A DNA stretch of 64,000 bases, from contig NC_057718.1 of the NCBI RefSeq assembly GCF_004010195.1, positions 59,168,838 through 59,232,837 on the forward strand, written 5' to 3'. The DNA comes from Chiloscyllium plagiosum. Its lineage: Eukaryota. The position numbers and the translations under genes are program-made. Shown piece by piece: positions 26,224 through 38,585 of this stretch. How positions within the stretch are numbered: the stretch's first letter is position 1; each line of letters starts with the position of its first letter. The notes under the pieces were generated by a model. The model was given only the letters and a program-made list of their open reading frames with translations, had not been told where the DNA came from and did not search any database.

Positions 26224-26532
26224 ATGCATGGTGGTCCAGCAGAGATACAGAAGAAAACTTTTGATTCTGCAATTGTAAGGAAAGGAAATCCGCTGAGCAG
26301 CATGCTGAAATAAATACAGTGGGCAGTCAAGAAAATATGCATGAAATGGTTTTACTTCTAATACACCTGTATGAAAGATAACTCTGCCAGTTTATGACTA
26401 GATAAATAAGATTGAACCTCACGAAGTTTTAATCCTGGCTTCATAAATGATGAGGATAAATGCCACAAGTTCACCTGTCTATCGGGTTGGCAGACTTCTC
26501 AACAGTGCAACATAGTTACAGCCATCAACATA

Positions 26533-26657
26533 GGCAAAAGGAAGCACTGCGGATGCTAGAAATTAGAGTCAAAAGTGTGGTGCTGGAGAAGCACAGCAAG
26601 TCAGGCAGCATCCGAGGAACAGGAGAATCGACGTTTCGGGCAGAAGTCCTTCATCAG
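26533..26657 (-). mobile_element. Penelope solo terminal repeat with intact hammerhead core boxes
   Basis: Minus strand CTGATGA-AGGAC-TTCT-GCCC-GAAA-CGTC; 14-bp TSD cagccatcaacata at 26519-26532 and 26655-26668. Confidence 0.9.
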
Positions 26658-27919
26658 CCATCAACATATCCAGGCTTGAAAGAGTGAGCCTCTGAATACC
26701 TAGTTCCCCAACACTGTGCCAGCATTTGGGAAGAATGTGTGCATGCAAAGTATATAGAGCATGCATTTGATTCACTTCATTATAAAGGTGTTTTTCACTC
26801 CAATATGGAACTCAGAAGAACTATAAAATGGCTACTGCCAGATATTCTAGTATAAAGCTATTTCTGCTAGACCAGATTTCTACTGCAGTGCTGCAGAATC
26901 TAGTAATCAAACCAATAAAATAGGTCCTGACTTGTATGTTGGCAAATAGACAATACTTTAAAAAATGCCTCATTTTGGTAATATACTGGTATCTCCAGAG
27001 AAATTAGATATTGACTACATGCTTCAGTGACTAGAAATACGGCCGCACAACAGTCTGTGCATTAATCTAGACACTACCATTTCAGTGACACTAACAATGT
27101 TTAAAAGTTCAAACAGAACTCGGATACAGTAATAATTCCCAGTAATTATCAAAAGCTGACAATGCAGGATTTTAATTAATAAAGTTATTCATTGTGCTCT
27201 TTCGTAATTTGCTTGTAATATTGACAACAATAAAGTATTTTGCTCCATGATAGATCAAGCAGAACAAGCTTGACCTCTGCTTTGCTTCAAATGATACGTA
27301 AAAATAATGGGCAACACTATAATTAGTCTGTCTGTGTAATGGGTGTACTGTATTAGAACACTGACATGAACATTCATGTTTACTCCACACTGAAAGTGAC
27401 CATTAAGACGCTCATCAGTCGGGCAGACAGCTTATTTTATCTGCTAACTCTATAGACTGTGAAGAAAATAGGTTCAAGTAAACTAATATGTCACAGAACT
27501 GCAGTCCTTTACTGTGCCAAAAGCAATTTCTATTTCTGTTCAGCATAATGTGCAAACAGAGAATGCAGTGGAGCAAAAAGATTAATAACTCTTCATTTTC
27601 CGTCAAAAAAATAAAAGTAAGATTCAAATTTATAAAGTTGTTATTAACCAAAACTGAATTTGACAGATAGAATTAAATAGATGCAGTGAACTGTCCCAAA
27701 CTATGGAGCTTTCCAAAATTGCATTCTTCCTCTCAGTGATGCAATTGTGAAAGCTGAGGAAAATCAACGTGCAAGCATGGAAAACAAGCTTTGTCTAGGA
27801 ATTTCTGAACAACTCTTGCTGCCTTGCCAGTAGAACTGTTCGACATTCCTGATATGTTTTGCTGATGATGGACAGACTTAGGGAAGTCATAAGGTGAGCT
27901 CTGCCTCTCCCTTGCTGAA

Positions 27920-28260
27920 TAACATAAGAAATAGGAGCAGAAGTAGACCATCTGGCCTCTTGTGCCTGTTCTGCCATTCAATAAGATCATGGCTGAGGTT
28001 TTCCTGGACTCAGCTCCATTTACCCACTCACTCTCCATAACCCTTAATTTCTTTACTGTTCAAAAATCTATCTTTGCCTTAAAAAACATTCAATAAGGTA
28101 GTCTCAACTGCTTCACTGGGCAAGAAATTCCACAGATTCACAACCCTTTGGGTGAAGAAGATCCGCCTGAACTCAGCCCTAAGTCTGCTTCCCCTTACTT
28201 TGAGGCTGTGTCCCCTAGTTCTAGATTCGCCTGCCTGTAGAAACATCCCCCCTGCTTCTG
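27920..28260 (-). mobile_element. CR1/HER1-type LINE 3' end
   Basis: aacataagaaataggagcagaagtagaccat tail; similar to 7940-8260. Confidence 0.9.
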
Positions 28261-28600
28261 AAGTAGCGACTGCTACTGTGACCAGTCCAGTTTAGTTCTG
28301 ATGAACAATGATTTCCAGGATGTAGATTGAGGACTCTCAACAGTGATAATGCTGTTGAATATCAAAGGGAGATATTTATGCTGTTTTACTTTTGTCATCA
28401 TTGCCTAGCACTTGTGTTGTGCAAATGTTCTTTGCTGCATATGGGTGTCTTGTCCCGATCTCTCTGCCTGCGTACAAAGACTGCTTGACTATCTGACAAG
28501 TGCCAAATGTAGCTGAACATTGTGCAAACTTTCTGTAATCAGTCCCACGCTTGATTTTATAATGGAGGAAAGGTTGAGAAAGCCACTAAAGATGGGTGGG
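28260..28600 (-). mobile_element. Fragment of the second LINE family
   Basis: Degenerate RT C-terminal-like sequence (tgctgaacattgtgcaa...). Confidence 0.45.
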
Positions 28601-28604
28601 CCTA

Positions 28605-28716
28605 TAGGCTGTTGTGTCACCACGTAGTTCCTAACTCCCAGTCAGGAGATCTGGGTTCAAGTCCCACCTACTTCAGAACTATGCAATAATATCTTTGAAC
28701 AGGATGATTAGAAAAG
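28605..28716 (+). mobile_element. Short tRNA-derived SINE (family D); other copies at about 34525-34615, 34717-34832, 54911-55017 and 63355-63440 (-)
   Basis: gggttcaagtcccacc B-box and shared tctttgaacagg.tgattagaaaa tail. Confidence 0.7.
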
Positions 28717-28981
28717 ATCCTGATGAGCTTACGACACTGCTGAAATATCCTTGGTCTGATAACTGTGTTACAATTGTGATGAGGGTGACGTGCTGGTAAT
28801 GAAGACCCACTATTCCACTAGTCACACCATTCGTATAAATATTTTCATAAAATGGCCAACTGTTTCCATTTTGTTCTGCTACCCAGAATGAAAAACACTT
28901 TCACCAGATTTCTGAACTGTACTCTAAACAAGACTGTTATAAAACAAATCTCATTTCTCAAAACCAGTGCCAAAACTAATG

Positions 28982-29081
28982 GGTCCTGACGAAGGCTTTC
29001 AGCCTGAAATGATGACTTTCCTTCTCCTCGGATGCTGTCTGACCTGCTGTGATTTTCCAGCTTCACATCTATTGACTCTGA
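28982..29081 (+). mobile_element. Penelope solo terminal repeat
   Basis: CTGACGA-AGGC-TTTCA-GCCT-GAAA; TSD caaaacta(a/g)tg at 28971-28981 and 29082-29092. Confidence 0.85.
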
Positions 29082-29529
29082 CAAAACTAGTGAACATCTA
29101 GGCTATAATCTGCAGTTAAATAGTGTAGGTTAGATGGGCATCAGATTGTTTTCACAGGTGGGCGTAATATACAGGACTGAAGGGCCTGTATTGAGCTGTA
29201 ATGTTCTATGTTCTGTGTTCAAACAATATTCCATTTTAATCCCAACACAGATTCACAATACAAGACAGCAAAATTCTGCAGGGCAAATTCAAAAAGGGCA
29301 AAAGAAAGAAAACACCCTTCCTGGCCAATGATCTGAAAAGCAAAATGTAGAATTTGGTGAATCCTCACAGTCCATCAGGTTTCTTGTTGACAAAATCGCA
29401 ATACTGACAGTTGTAGACTGGTGGAAAATCTTCCAAACAAGCTTTTGTTCCATGGGAATCTAGCAAGTTTCAAGGCTTTCGAAAGTAATCACGGTTCAGC
29501 TTCTCAAGCTTTAAAAGGTAGTCAAAATA

Positions 29530-32500
29530 CTGAGTCACAGAGTCGTATAGCATGGAAAGAGACCCTTTGGTCCAACTTGTCCATATGACCAGACATCCCA
29601 ATTTGACCTAGTCCCATTTGTCAGCATTTGGTCCATATCCTGCTAAACCCTTCCTATTCACATACCCATCCAGATGCCTTATAAATGATGTAATTTTACC
29701 CACATCCACCACTTCCTCTGGCAGCTTGTTCCATACACATACTACCCTCTGCATGAAAAAGTTACTCCTCAGGTGTCTTTTAAATGTTTCCCCTCTCACC
29801 TTAAACCTACACCCCTAGTTTTGGATTTCCCCACCCTAGGAAAAAGGCCCTGGCTGATCACCCTATCTATGACCTTCATGATTTTATAAACCTCAATAGA
29901 AGGTCAACCCTCAGACTCCAGGGAAAACTGCCCGAGCCTATTCAGCCTCTTCCTATAACTCAAACTTTCCAGTCTCAGCAACATCCTTGCAAATCCTTTC
30001 TGCACGCTCTTAAATTTAACATCCTTCTTATAAATGGGCGACCAGAAGTCTATGCAGTATTCTGCCTCGCCAATGTCCTGTACAGCCACAACATGACATC
30101 CCAACTCCTACAATCAATACTCTGACTAATGAAGGTTTGACAGCTTACCTTCTTCACTACCCTGTCTACCTGAGACTCCACCTTCAAGGAACTATGCACT
30201 GTCACCCCTTTGGTCAGCAACACTCCCAGGGCCCTACTACAAAGTGTATAAGTCCTGCTCTGGTTTGCCTCACCAAAATGCAACACCTCACATTTATCTA
30301 AATTAAACTCCATTTGCCACCCCTTGCCTTACTGGCCCATCTAATCAAGATCCTGTTGTACTCTGGAAATCGTATTCTTCACTGTCCATGACACCTATTT
30401 TGGTGTCATCTGCAAATGTACAAACCATACCTCCTACACTCACATCCACATCATTTTATATAAATAATGAAAGGCAGGGGAATCAGCACTGACACCAAAG
30501 GTCACAGGCCTCCATTCTGACAAATATCCCTCTATCATCACCCTCCATCTCCTACCTTTAAGCCAATTTTGTATCCAATTGGCAAGCTCCGGCTGGATCC
30601 CATTTGATCTAACCTTACTAACCAGTCTACCCTGCGGAACCTTGTTGAATAATTTGCTGAAGTCCATACAGACATCTACCGCTCTGCCTTCATCAATCTT
30701 CTGTCACCTCTTCAAACAGCTCAAATCAAGTTAGGGAAACATAATTTTCCACACACAAAGCCATGTTGACTATCCTGTCCCTCAGAATCCCCTCCAACAA
30801 GTTACCCACCACTGACATAAGGTTCACTGGTCCACAGGCTTTTCTCTACAGCCTTTCTTAAATAAAGGCACCACATTAGCCAACCTTCAGTCTTCCTCAC
30901 CTCACACATGCTGTCAATGATACAAACATCTCAGCAAGGAGCCCAGAAATCTCTTCTCTAACTTCCCACAAAGTTCTAGGAAATACCTGATGAGGTTCTG
31001 GGGATTTATCTACCTTTATGTATTGTAAGTCCTCGGATACCTCTTCTTCTGAAATATGAACTCTCTTCAAGACATCACTATTTATTTCCCCAAGTTACCT
31101 CACCTTCATGTCCTATCTCACCAATCTCCTGTGATTCCAAACATACACAGCTATGTTGATCTGTAAGGGGCCCTATACTCTCCCCAGTTAATCATTTGTC
31201 CTTAATGTACTTACAGAATCACTTTGGAATCTCCTTAACCCTATTTGACAAACCTATCTCATGTCTCCTTTTTGTCCTCATAATTTTCCTCTTAAGTATG
31301 CTTCTACTGCCCTTAGACTCCTCTCGGAATATACCTAATCCCAGGTGTCTAAACCAGCCATATGTCTCCTTTTTCTTGACCAGAGCCTCAATTTCTCCGG
31401 TCATCTCGCATCCCCTACACCTACCAGCCTTGCCCTTCGCAATAACGTAAACACAATGTCTCTGAACCCTCCTTGTCTCATTTTTAAAGGCCTCCCACTT
31501 CCCAAATGTTCCTTTACCTACAAATAGCTCCCCGAATCAACTTTGAAAGTTCCTGTTAAAATTGGCTTTACTCCAATTTACAACTTTAACTTTTTGATCA
31601 GTTCTATCCTTTTGCATAACCGGTTTTAAAACAAAGAATTATGACCATTTGCACCAAAGTGAGCCCCCACTGACACCTCAGTCACTTGCCCTGACTTATT
31701 TCCCACCAGAAGGTCAAATAGTGCTCTTTTTCTGTTATGTAAATCCACATATTGAATAAGAAAGTATTTTTGTAAACACTTAAATTCCTCCCCAGCTAAG
31801 CCCTGAACACTATGATAGTCTAATCTGGAAAGTTAAAAATCCCCTACCATTCCAATCCTATTATTCTTACAGATATTTGACGATATATAAATTTGCTTCT
31901 CAATTTCATGCTGACTATTGCACGGCCTATACTACAATCTAATTTCTCAGTTCCACCCATATAACTTCACTGGATGATCTCGCAGGAATATCCTCCCTAA
32001 GTACAGCTGTAATGTTATTCCTAACTAAAAGTGCCATTCCCCCTCCTCTCTTGCCTCCTTTTCTGTTCTTTCTATAGCATCTCTACCCCAGAACATTAAA
32101 CTGCTAGTTCTGTCTATTCCTGACCCACATATCTGCAATAGCTATGATATCCCAGTCCCATTTTCTCAGTCATACCCTGAGTTCATCTGCCTTACCTGTC
32201 AGGCCGCTTGCATTGAAGTAAATGCAGTTTGATTTATCAGTCTTACCTCATTCTCTGCCAAGCTCTCGTCTGCCTTGACTATATGACTTGCTCCCCTTGT
32301 CTACTGTATCAGCCTCAACCTTTTCTCACTATCACTTTGATTCTGCATGCACCCGTCCCCTGGCACCGTTACTAGTAGCAAAGCTTTCTGCAAGGATATT
32401 GCTCCCCATCCATCTTGTAGAGGTCATTTCTATCCACGAAGAGATCCCAATGGTCCAAAAATGTGAATCCTCTCCACCCGCCCCGCACAGCTACTCAGCC

Positions 32501-33080
32501 ACACGTTCATCTGTTCTTTCCTCCTATTCCTACTGTCACTAGCACATGGCACTAGTAGTAGTCCAAATATTACTCATGAGGTCTTACTTTTTAACCTCCT
32601 ACCTAGTTTCCTATATTCTCTCTGCAGAACCTCCTCCCTTTCCCTACATCATTAATACCAATATACACCACGACCTCTTGTTGGTCACTCTCCCCTTTCA
32701 GAATATTCTGCATCCACTCTGAAAATTCTTAATCCTGGCACCAGGGAGGCAACACACTTTTCTAATGTCTCATTGATGGCTGCAGAAATGTCTGTCTGTC
32801 CCTTGGACTGAACAGTCCCCTATCATAATCAATCGTTTGGCTCCTGACATACCGCTTGTTCCAATAAAGCCAGTCACGATACCAGAAACCTGGTTGTCAG
32901 TGCTATAATCACTGAGAGACTTTCCTCCACTACAGTATCCAAAACAGTATTTGAGATGAGGATAGCGACAGGAGATTCCTGCAGTACCCAGCTACATTTT
33001 CTACCATTCCTGTTGCTCAACCATTTACCTGACTGTATCTGCAGTGTCTCCACCTTCCTGAAACTACGATCCATTGCACC
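29530..33080 (-). mobile_element. Long decayed CR1 LINE: ORF1 SGNH-esterase remnant, ORF2 endonuclease/RT and 3' tail
   Basis: Minus strand IGD, VCCLPGAR and VVVYIGIND (about 32640-32830); MDFSKLFNKVP, FADDTK and MEFNLDKCEVLHFG; many frameshifts. Confidence 0.93.
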
Positions 33081-33874
33081 ACCTTACGATGGTAACTTTC
33101 TCAGTGTTGATAGGCAGCCTTCAGCAAAGGGCCCATGGTCTCTTCCAAAGCCAAATTATGCAGCAATTAAGGACAATAAACTCCATTTCTTGTCTTATAA
33201 GCTTTGCTTTGCTATTTTTCCAAAGTCTCAACTGCCAATAGTTCACAGCCCATTTTAAATGGTTGACCTCATAACCTAGTTAAAAATCCTGCTTCATCCG
33301 GGAAGTGTTCAATACCTTCCAGTTTTTCACATAACCCCCCTTTCTTGAATATGCAGAAGCACTCTTACACACGACTGAATATTTTTTTCTCCATTACCAA
33401 ATCAATCATGGTTTTTTCTTCATCTATTAACCATCATCAGTAAATCACCCATGTTTTCCAATTAATTTACATGCAAAGTTCCTTTAAAGCCAATCACCTC
33501 ATCCATAAACGTAGACATCTAGCCCCAACAGCTGGCTCTCACCAATCACACTGCAGGAATAATTCTAGCCACTGAATCTAATCTCCTCGTGATGTGAGAC
33601 ACAGTGAAAGACAATGGGTGTACAAATCTTTATTCAATTTCCACCACCAGGAAGAAAGGAAACACCTGAGAGGCCAGTGACAAGCAGTGCCCTCTCAAAG
33701 GGCAATGCTGTGTGATCAAAAAAGTGAAGGGGAGTGCAGGGATATAAGTTAATAAGACCCCAAGACGTGACGTTCTACATCCTAGAGTGTTGAAAGAGGT
33801 GGCCATGCAGACAATCAGTGCATTGGTAATCGCCTTAAAAAATTCCATTGATTCTGATTGTATTGTGTCAGAAC

Positions 33875-34347
33875 AGTCTTACCAGATCATAGGGGCTGCT
33901 CTCTCAGAGTCATAGAATTGTACAGCACGGAAACGGACCCTTCAGTCCAACTTGTCCATGCCGACCAGATTTCCTAACCTAGTCTAGTCCCACATGCTAG
34001 CATTTGGCCCATATCCCTCTAAACCCTTCCTATTCATATATCCATCCAGATGCCTTTTAAATGTTGTAATTGTACCAACCTCCACAACTTCCTCTGGTAG
34101 CTCATTCCATACACTCACCACCCTGTGTGAAAAGTTGCTCCTTACTCACTTTTAAATCATTCCCCTCTCACCCTAAACCTATGTCTTCTAGTTGTGGACT
34201 CCCCTTACCCTGTGGAAAAGACCTTGTCTATTTATCATATCATTAGAGAGAAGCAACTGGTGGTAATTTAACCTGAGGGCCACCAGACTATTGGCATCAC
34301 ACTGCTCTGTAATCCAACAACCCAGCCAACTGAGCTAAACTGATTCC
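33875..34347 (-). mobile_element. tRNA-derived SINE (family C) split by a CR1 3' fragment at about 33907-34238 (-)
   Basis: The two halves join to match the reverse complement of 42585-42812; the insert matches 29535-29880. Confidence 0.8.
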
Positions 34348-34379
34348 CAACAGCAGGAGCAATAGAACAAATCTCAGGC

Positions 34380-34452
34380 AACCTGAGGTGGGACATGAAC
34401 CCACAATTCCTGGTTTAGAAAGCCAGCGCCTTATCCAAGAGGCCAGTGGAGC
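34380..34452 (-). pseudogene. tRNA-Arg-like pseudogene (CCT-family body, anticodon now TCT)
   Basis: GCTCCACTGGCCTCTTGGATAAGGCGCTGGCTTTCTAAACCAGGAATTGTGGGTTCATGTCCCACCTCAGGTT; 73 nt, colinear with recalled vertebrate tRNA-Arg(CCT); acceptor stem broken. Confidence 0.8.
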
Positions 34453-34640
34453 CATACAGCTTTGTACACCTTTTGTCTTTCACGATGTCTCACACCTGCA
34501 CAAAATAAATCTAATCTCCTCATTGTGTTCCTGCCCATGAACTAAGAGACTTGGGCGCAAGACCCACCTACTGCAGGGGTCCATAATAACATCTCTGAAC
34601 AAGCTGATTCAGAAAAAAGATTAATAAAACAAAAAATAAT

Positions 34641-34708
34641 GACAGCTCAATCAGCTGGGTATCAGACTTTTAATCACGGGGTGCAGTGTTCAAGTTCCTG
34701 TTCGGGCA
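34641..34708 (+). pseudogene. tRNA-Lys(TTT)-like pseudogene, 5' end eroded
   Basis: atcagacttttaatc anticodon arm and gttcaagttcctgttcgggc T-arm/3' end match recalled tRNA-Lys(TTT). Confidence 0.78.
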
Positions 34709-35573
34709 TTGCTTTGAGGTACTCTTGTGATGCAATAAGAGTGTCCCTACCCCTGGACTGAGCGACCCAAGTTCAAATCTCACCTGATCCAAAGGAGTGC
34801 AATGACATCTTTGAACAGGTTGATTAGAAAAACTAGGTGAAATGAAAACAATTTTTAAAAATTAAATCTCCATTGAGATTGACTGTTTTGGTGCATCAGT
34901 TTACATCTTAGGGCAGAACCTTTGGTTGTGGGTTGTTTGGTTTCACGTCAGGATCAAATGTGCCTTGCACTGCAGTGGGAGAGAGAGTGTACTCACCATC
35001 CAATTAAGGATGGCAAGTGGACCATCAAAGCTGGAGAATATCCAGTAATGAAGGAGCTCCAGCTGCTATCACAGGAAAAAGAAACAAAGGTTGCCTCCAT
35101 CATGAATCAACCTCTCAGCACTTTGAAAATGACCAGTGGGAGACCTCAAAGTGATCCTGGAAAGTTGACTCCTCTGGCTGTCTCTGAGAGGCCACCTCCA
35201 GTCATCTACGGGACTCATAGACTGCCTGGAATTTTCTGATCAATCTCTTTAGTTGGTCTTTTAAATAACTTAGCAAATTACCAACTGCTTGCAGGCATGT
35301 AGTTGTTCATTATTTGATTTAAACTCCAGGAAAATGGCCAGGCAACACAATCATGGCAGGGAACTGATTAAATCAGCTGACAGGAAATGCAACATATGTT
35401 GCATGATATGTTGCTGTCTCCATATCAATGCCAATATCCTGCCCTCGACCTCAAAGGAAACCATTCTCACATCATCTCAGAAATTTAGGTTATGACCATT
35501 TGTGGACCAAGGCTATAATGAGTTGTGCAACAAATTGTCCTGACCCAGATCAAATTCAGCATCGCCATATTTA

Positions 35574-35912
35574 TAGAACCACAGAATCTCCAAAATGTAA
35601 AAAAGAGGCCATTCGGCCCATTGAATCTGCACTGAATCTCTGAAGAGCATCCAGACCCAGCCCCCTCAAACCCTGCATTTCCCATGGATAATCCACCTAA
35701 CAAGCACATCCCTGGACACTATGGGCAATTTAGCATGGCTAATCCACCTATACTGCACATCTTTGGACTGTAGGAGGAAACCGGAGCATCCAGTGAAAAT
35801 CCACGCAGACATGGGGAGAACATGTGAACTCCCTACAGACGGTCACCCTAGGCTGGAATCAAACCTGGTCTCTGCGGTTGTGAGGCAGCTAACCACTGAG
35901 CAACTGTGCTAC
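35574..35912 (-). mobile_element. HE1-type V-SINE
   Basis: Reverse complement of the V-domain (tttggactgtaggaggaaaccggagca). Confidence 0.88.
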
Positions 35913-36924
35913 CTATTTAGAGAATGAGCCATCATTCAGTCAGAGGCTCGGGAAATTGAAAGAATAAACTAAACTGACAGCAACTATCATTTATTTTACT
36001 GATTTTAAGATATGTTGCATCAACATATCTAAAAGCATTGAATACAAACAAAACATATTTGGTGTATAATGAAACTGTACCACATAATGAAAATACAACA
36101 AAGTAAGTGAACAAGTGTTAGCTGTGTATTCATAACTTATCACCTACTCTCCTTGGTGTAAAGAAATCTAGAATAACAGCAGTTACACCTAATATTAGTC
36201 CGGCAGCCTTTAGCACTCCACCTGAAGGAGTATTGGCTGTGCCACACCCAGTACACCTATCCGGTGACTGTACACCCTCAGTGAGACCAATACTTTATCT
36301 GAGCTGTCATCCTTGTGTCTCTAAAATCCTAGCCACTTTCTCCTTTTGTTCTAATGTAATAAAACCATCAGTGGCTTCAGTGTTTAGTTGATAGTTATTT
36401 ACTTCACACTATTCATGTATATGATGGTACTTCAAAAGCATATTTTTATATTCCTAATATGCAAAACCCTATCCCCTTTTCAATGTGATTCTACAGCTTT
36501 AAAGGATGAAAGAAGATCATCAACAATAACTGAATAAAGTATTACTAAAAACAAACTTTTCCAACTGTGCAGTTGTCTGCTTTAACTTTTCTTTGGTGTG
36601 GGGAATTAATTTGGAACATAATTGATCAGTGGCTTTCACCCAACATGAATTACACTGCAATATAATTCCACATGTTGCTAAAATTTATGAATAAAAGCAC
36701 ATCCAAAAACTTTAACGTGTGGGCTATAAAATGCAAACACAGAAAAAGCAGTATTTTCTTTCTTCGTGGTTGAGAAAAATTGTGTGATTATTAACGGTAG
36801 CCAATATCATTCCTGTGGAAAATCCACGTTTTGAAGGCAGTGGTGATTTCCAGGTCAGGTATTCAATAATGCTCTATATAATGTAGTCACCCGAGAGTCA
36901 GCACTGATCTGAACCATATATCCA

Positions 36925-37030
36925 GTTCTGAGGAAGGATCACTGGACTCGAAACATTATCTCTGATTTCTCTCCACAGATGCTGCCAGACCTGCTGAGCT
37001 TTTCTAGCAATTCCTGGTTTTGTCTCTGAT
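36925..37030 (+). mobile_element. Penelope solo terminal repeat (second family)
   Basis: ctgaggaaggatcactggactcgaaac; matches 24925-25030. Confidence 0.85.
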
Positions 37031-37239
37031 CCTGACTACACTGGTATCCTTTTCCATTTTCCACACTAACCAATTTTGTAGTTACACTGATCTTCCTATT
37101 GTAGGGGCAATTCTACAAAATTGTCGGCATGACTGAGTAGAGGACAGATGTCCATAGAAAACAAAAGACAATAACTTCAATACTCCAATTCCATAATTAT
37201 GGATATCACTGTGAAATATTGCAGCCACTGCTGTGGAAG

Positions 37240-37770
37240 TTCTCTCTGCTCTGTAGGGTGCTGGTGAGGCCACACCTGGAGTACTGTGTGCAGTTTGGGG
37301 GTTGCAGAGAGGTTCACTAGGTTGATTCCGGAGTTGAGAGGGTTGGTTTATAAGGAGAGATTGAGTAGACTGGGACTATACTCATTGGGATTTAGAAGAA
37401 TGTGGGAACATCTTATGGAAACATATAAAATTATGAACAGAATAGATAAGATAGAAACACGGAGGCTGTTTCCACTGGCAGGTGAAACTAGAACTAGAGG
37501 CATAGCTTCAAAATAAGGGGAAGCAGATTTCGGACTGAGTTGAGGAGGAATTTCTTCACCAAAGGGTTGTGAATCTGTGGAATTCCCTGCCCAGTGAAAC
37601 AGTTGAAGCCAACTCACTGAATGTTTTTAAGGGAGAGGGAGATAGATTTTTGAACAGTAAAGGAATTAAGTGTTATGGTGAGCAGGTGGGTAAATGGAGC
37701 TGAGTCCATGAAAAGATCAGCCATGATCTTACTGAATGGCGGAACAGGTTCTCACCTACTTCTTTTCCCA
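37240..37770 (+). mobile_element. CR1/HER1-type LINE 3' fragment
   Basis: ORF 37286..37516 RFTRLIPELRGLVYKERLSRLGLYSL. Confidence 0.92.
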
Positions 37771-38247
37771 GTTGCTTATCCTGCAAATGTTTCCATTGTC
37801 ATTGCGTTCAAGTCAAAAACTTGCATAATAATATTAGATACAGTCTTATTGCACTGTTGGCTGAGCCTGGCGGTCACTGTTTCAAGCCCCATTATAAAGA
37901 CCAAAGTACAAAGTCTCGGTTGACACTCCACTGGATGGAAAGTCTGCTGCCTGCCAGAGATGTGAAAATGAGGCTCTAGTGAACATATACTATTTAAAGA
38001 GCCTGAATCTCTCGCAATTCTAGCTGGAAATACTCTGCAGATCTGGCAGCATCTGAAGAGAGAATCTTTTAAACGCCTCAATTTAATATTGTTATCATTA
38101 CCTTAGCTTGGTAAAGTCAGGTGAAACAACTGGGCATTAAATATAGTGAGTACGCTAAAGAGACAAGTAAAAACTGAACCTGAACTTAATTCTATTTTTA
38201 AGAAAAGTTTAGAATGCAAACTTCTCAGAAACAAAAGCCATCTGTTT

Positions 38248-38585
38248 GGGTCGACACAGTAGCTCAGTGGTTAGCATTACCACCTCACAGCACCACCGAC
38301 CCGGTCTCAATTCCAGCCAAGGATGACTGCGTGTGCTTAGTCTGCACATTATCCCAGTGTCTGAATGGGCTTCCTCCAGTTGCTCTGGTTTCCCCCCACA
38401 GTTGAACTATGTGCAGGTTAGCTGGATTGGCCATGGTAAATTGCGCTAAGTGTGCAGACTAGGTGGATTAGTCAATGGGAAATGCAGGATTATAAGGTGG
38501 AAGGTGAATCTGGATGGGACGCTTTTCAGAGGGTGTGTGGATTCGATGGACTGAATGGCCTGCTCCCATACTGTGGTGATTGTAC
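38248..38585 (+). mobile_element. HE1-type V-SINE, older copy
   Basis: Similar to 25518-25825. Confidence 0.85.

Noticed and set aside
27395..27430. CTGATGAG on the minus strand as a hammerhead
   Set aside because: No stem II followed by GAAA.
28720..28755. cctgatgagc...gctgaaa as a hammerhead
   Set aside because: Stem II does not pair in register and no stems I or III.
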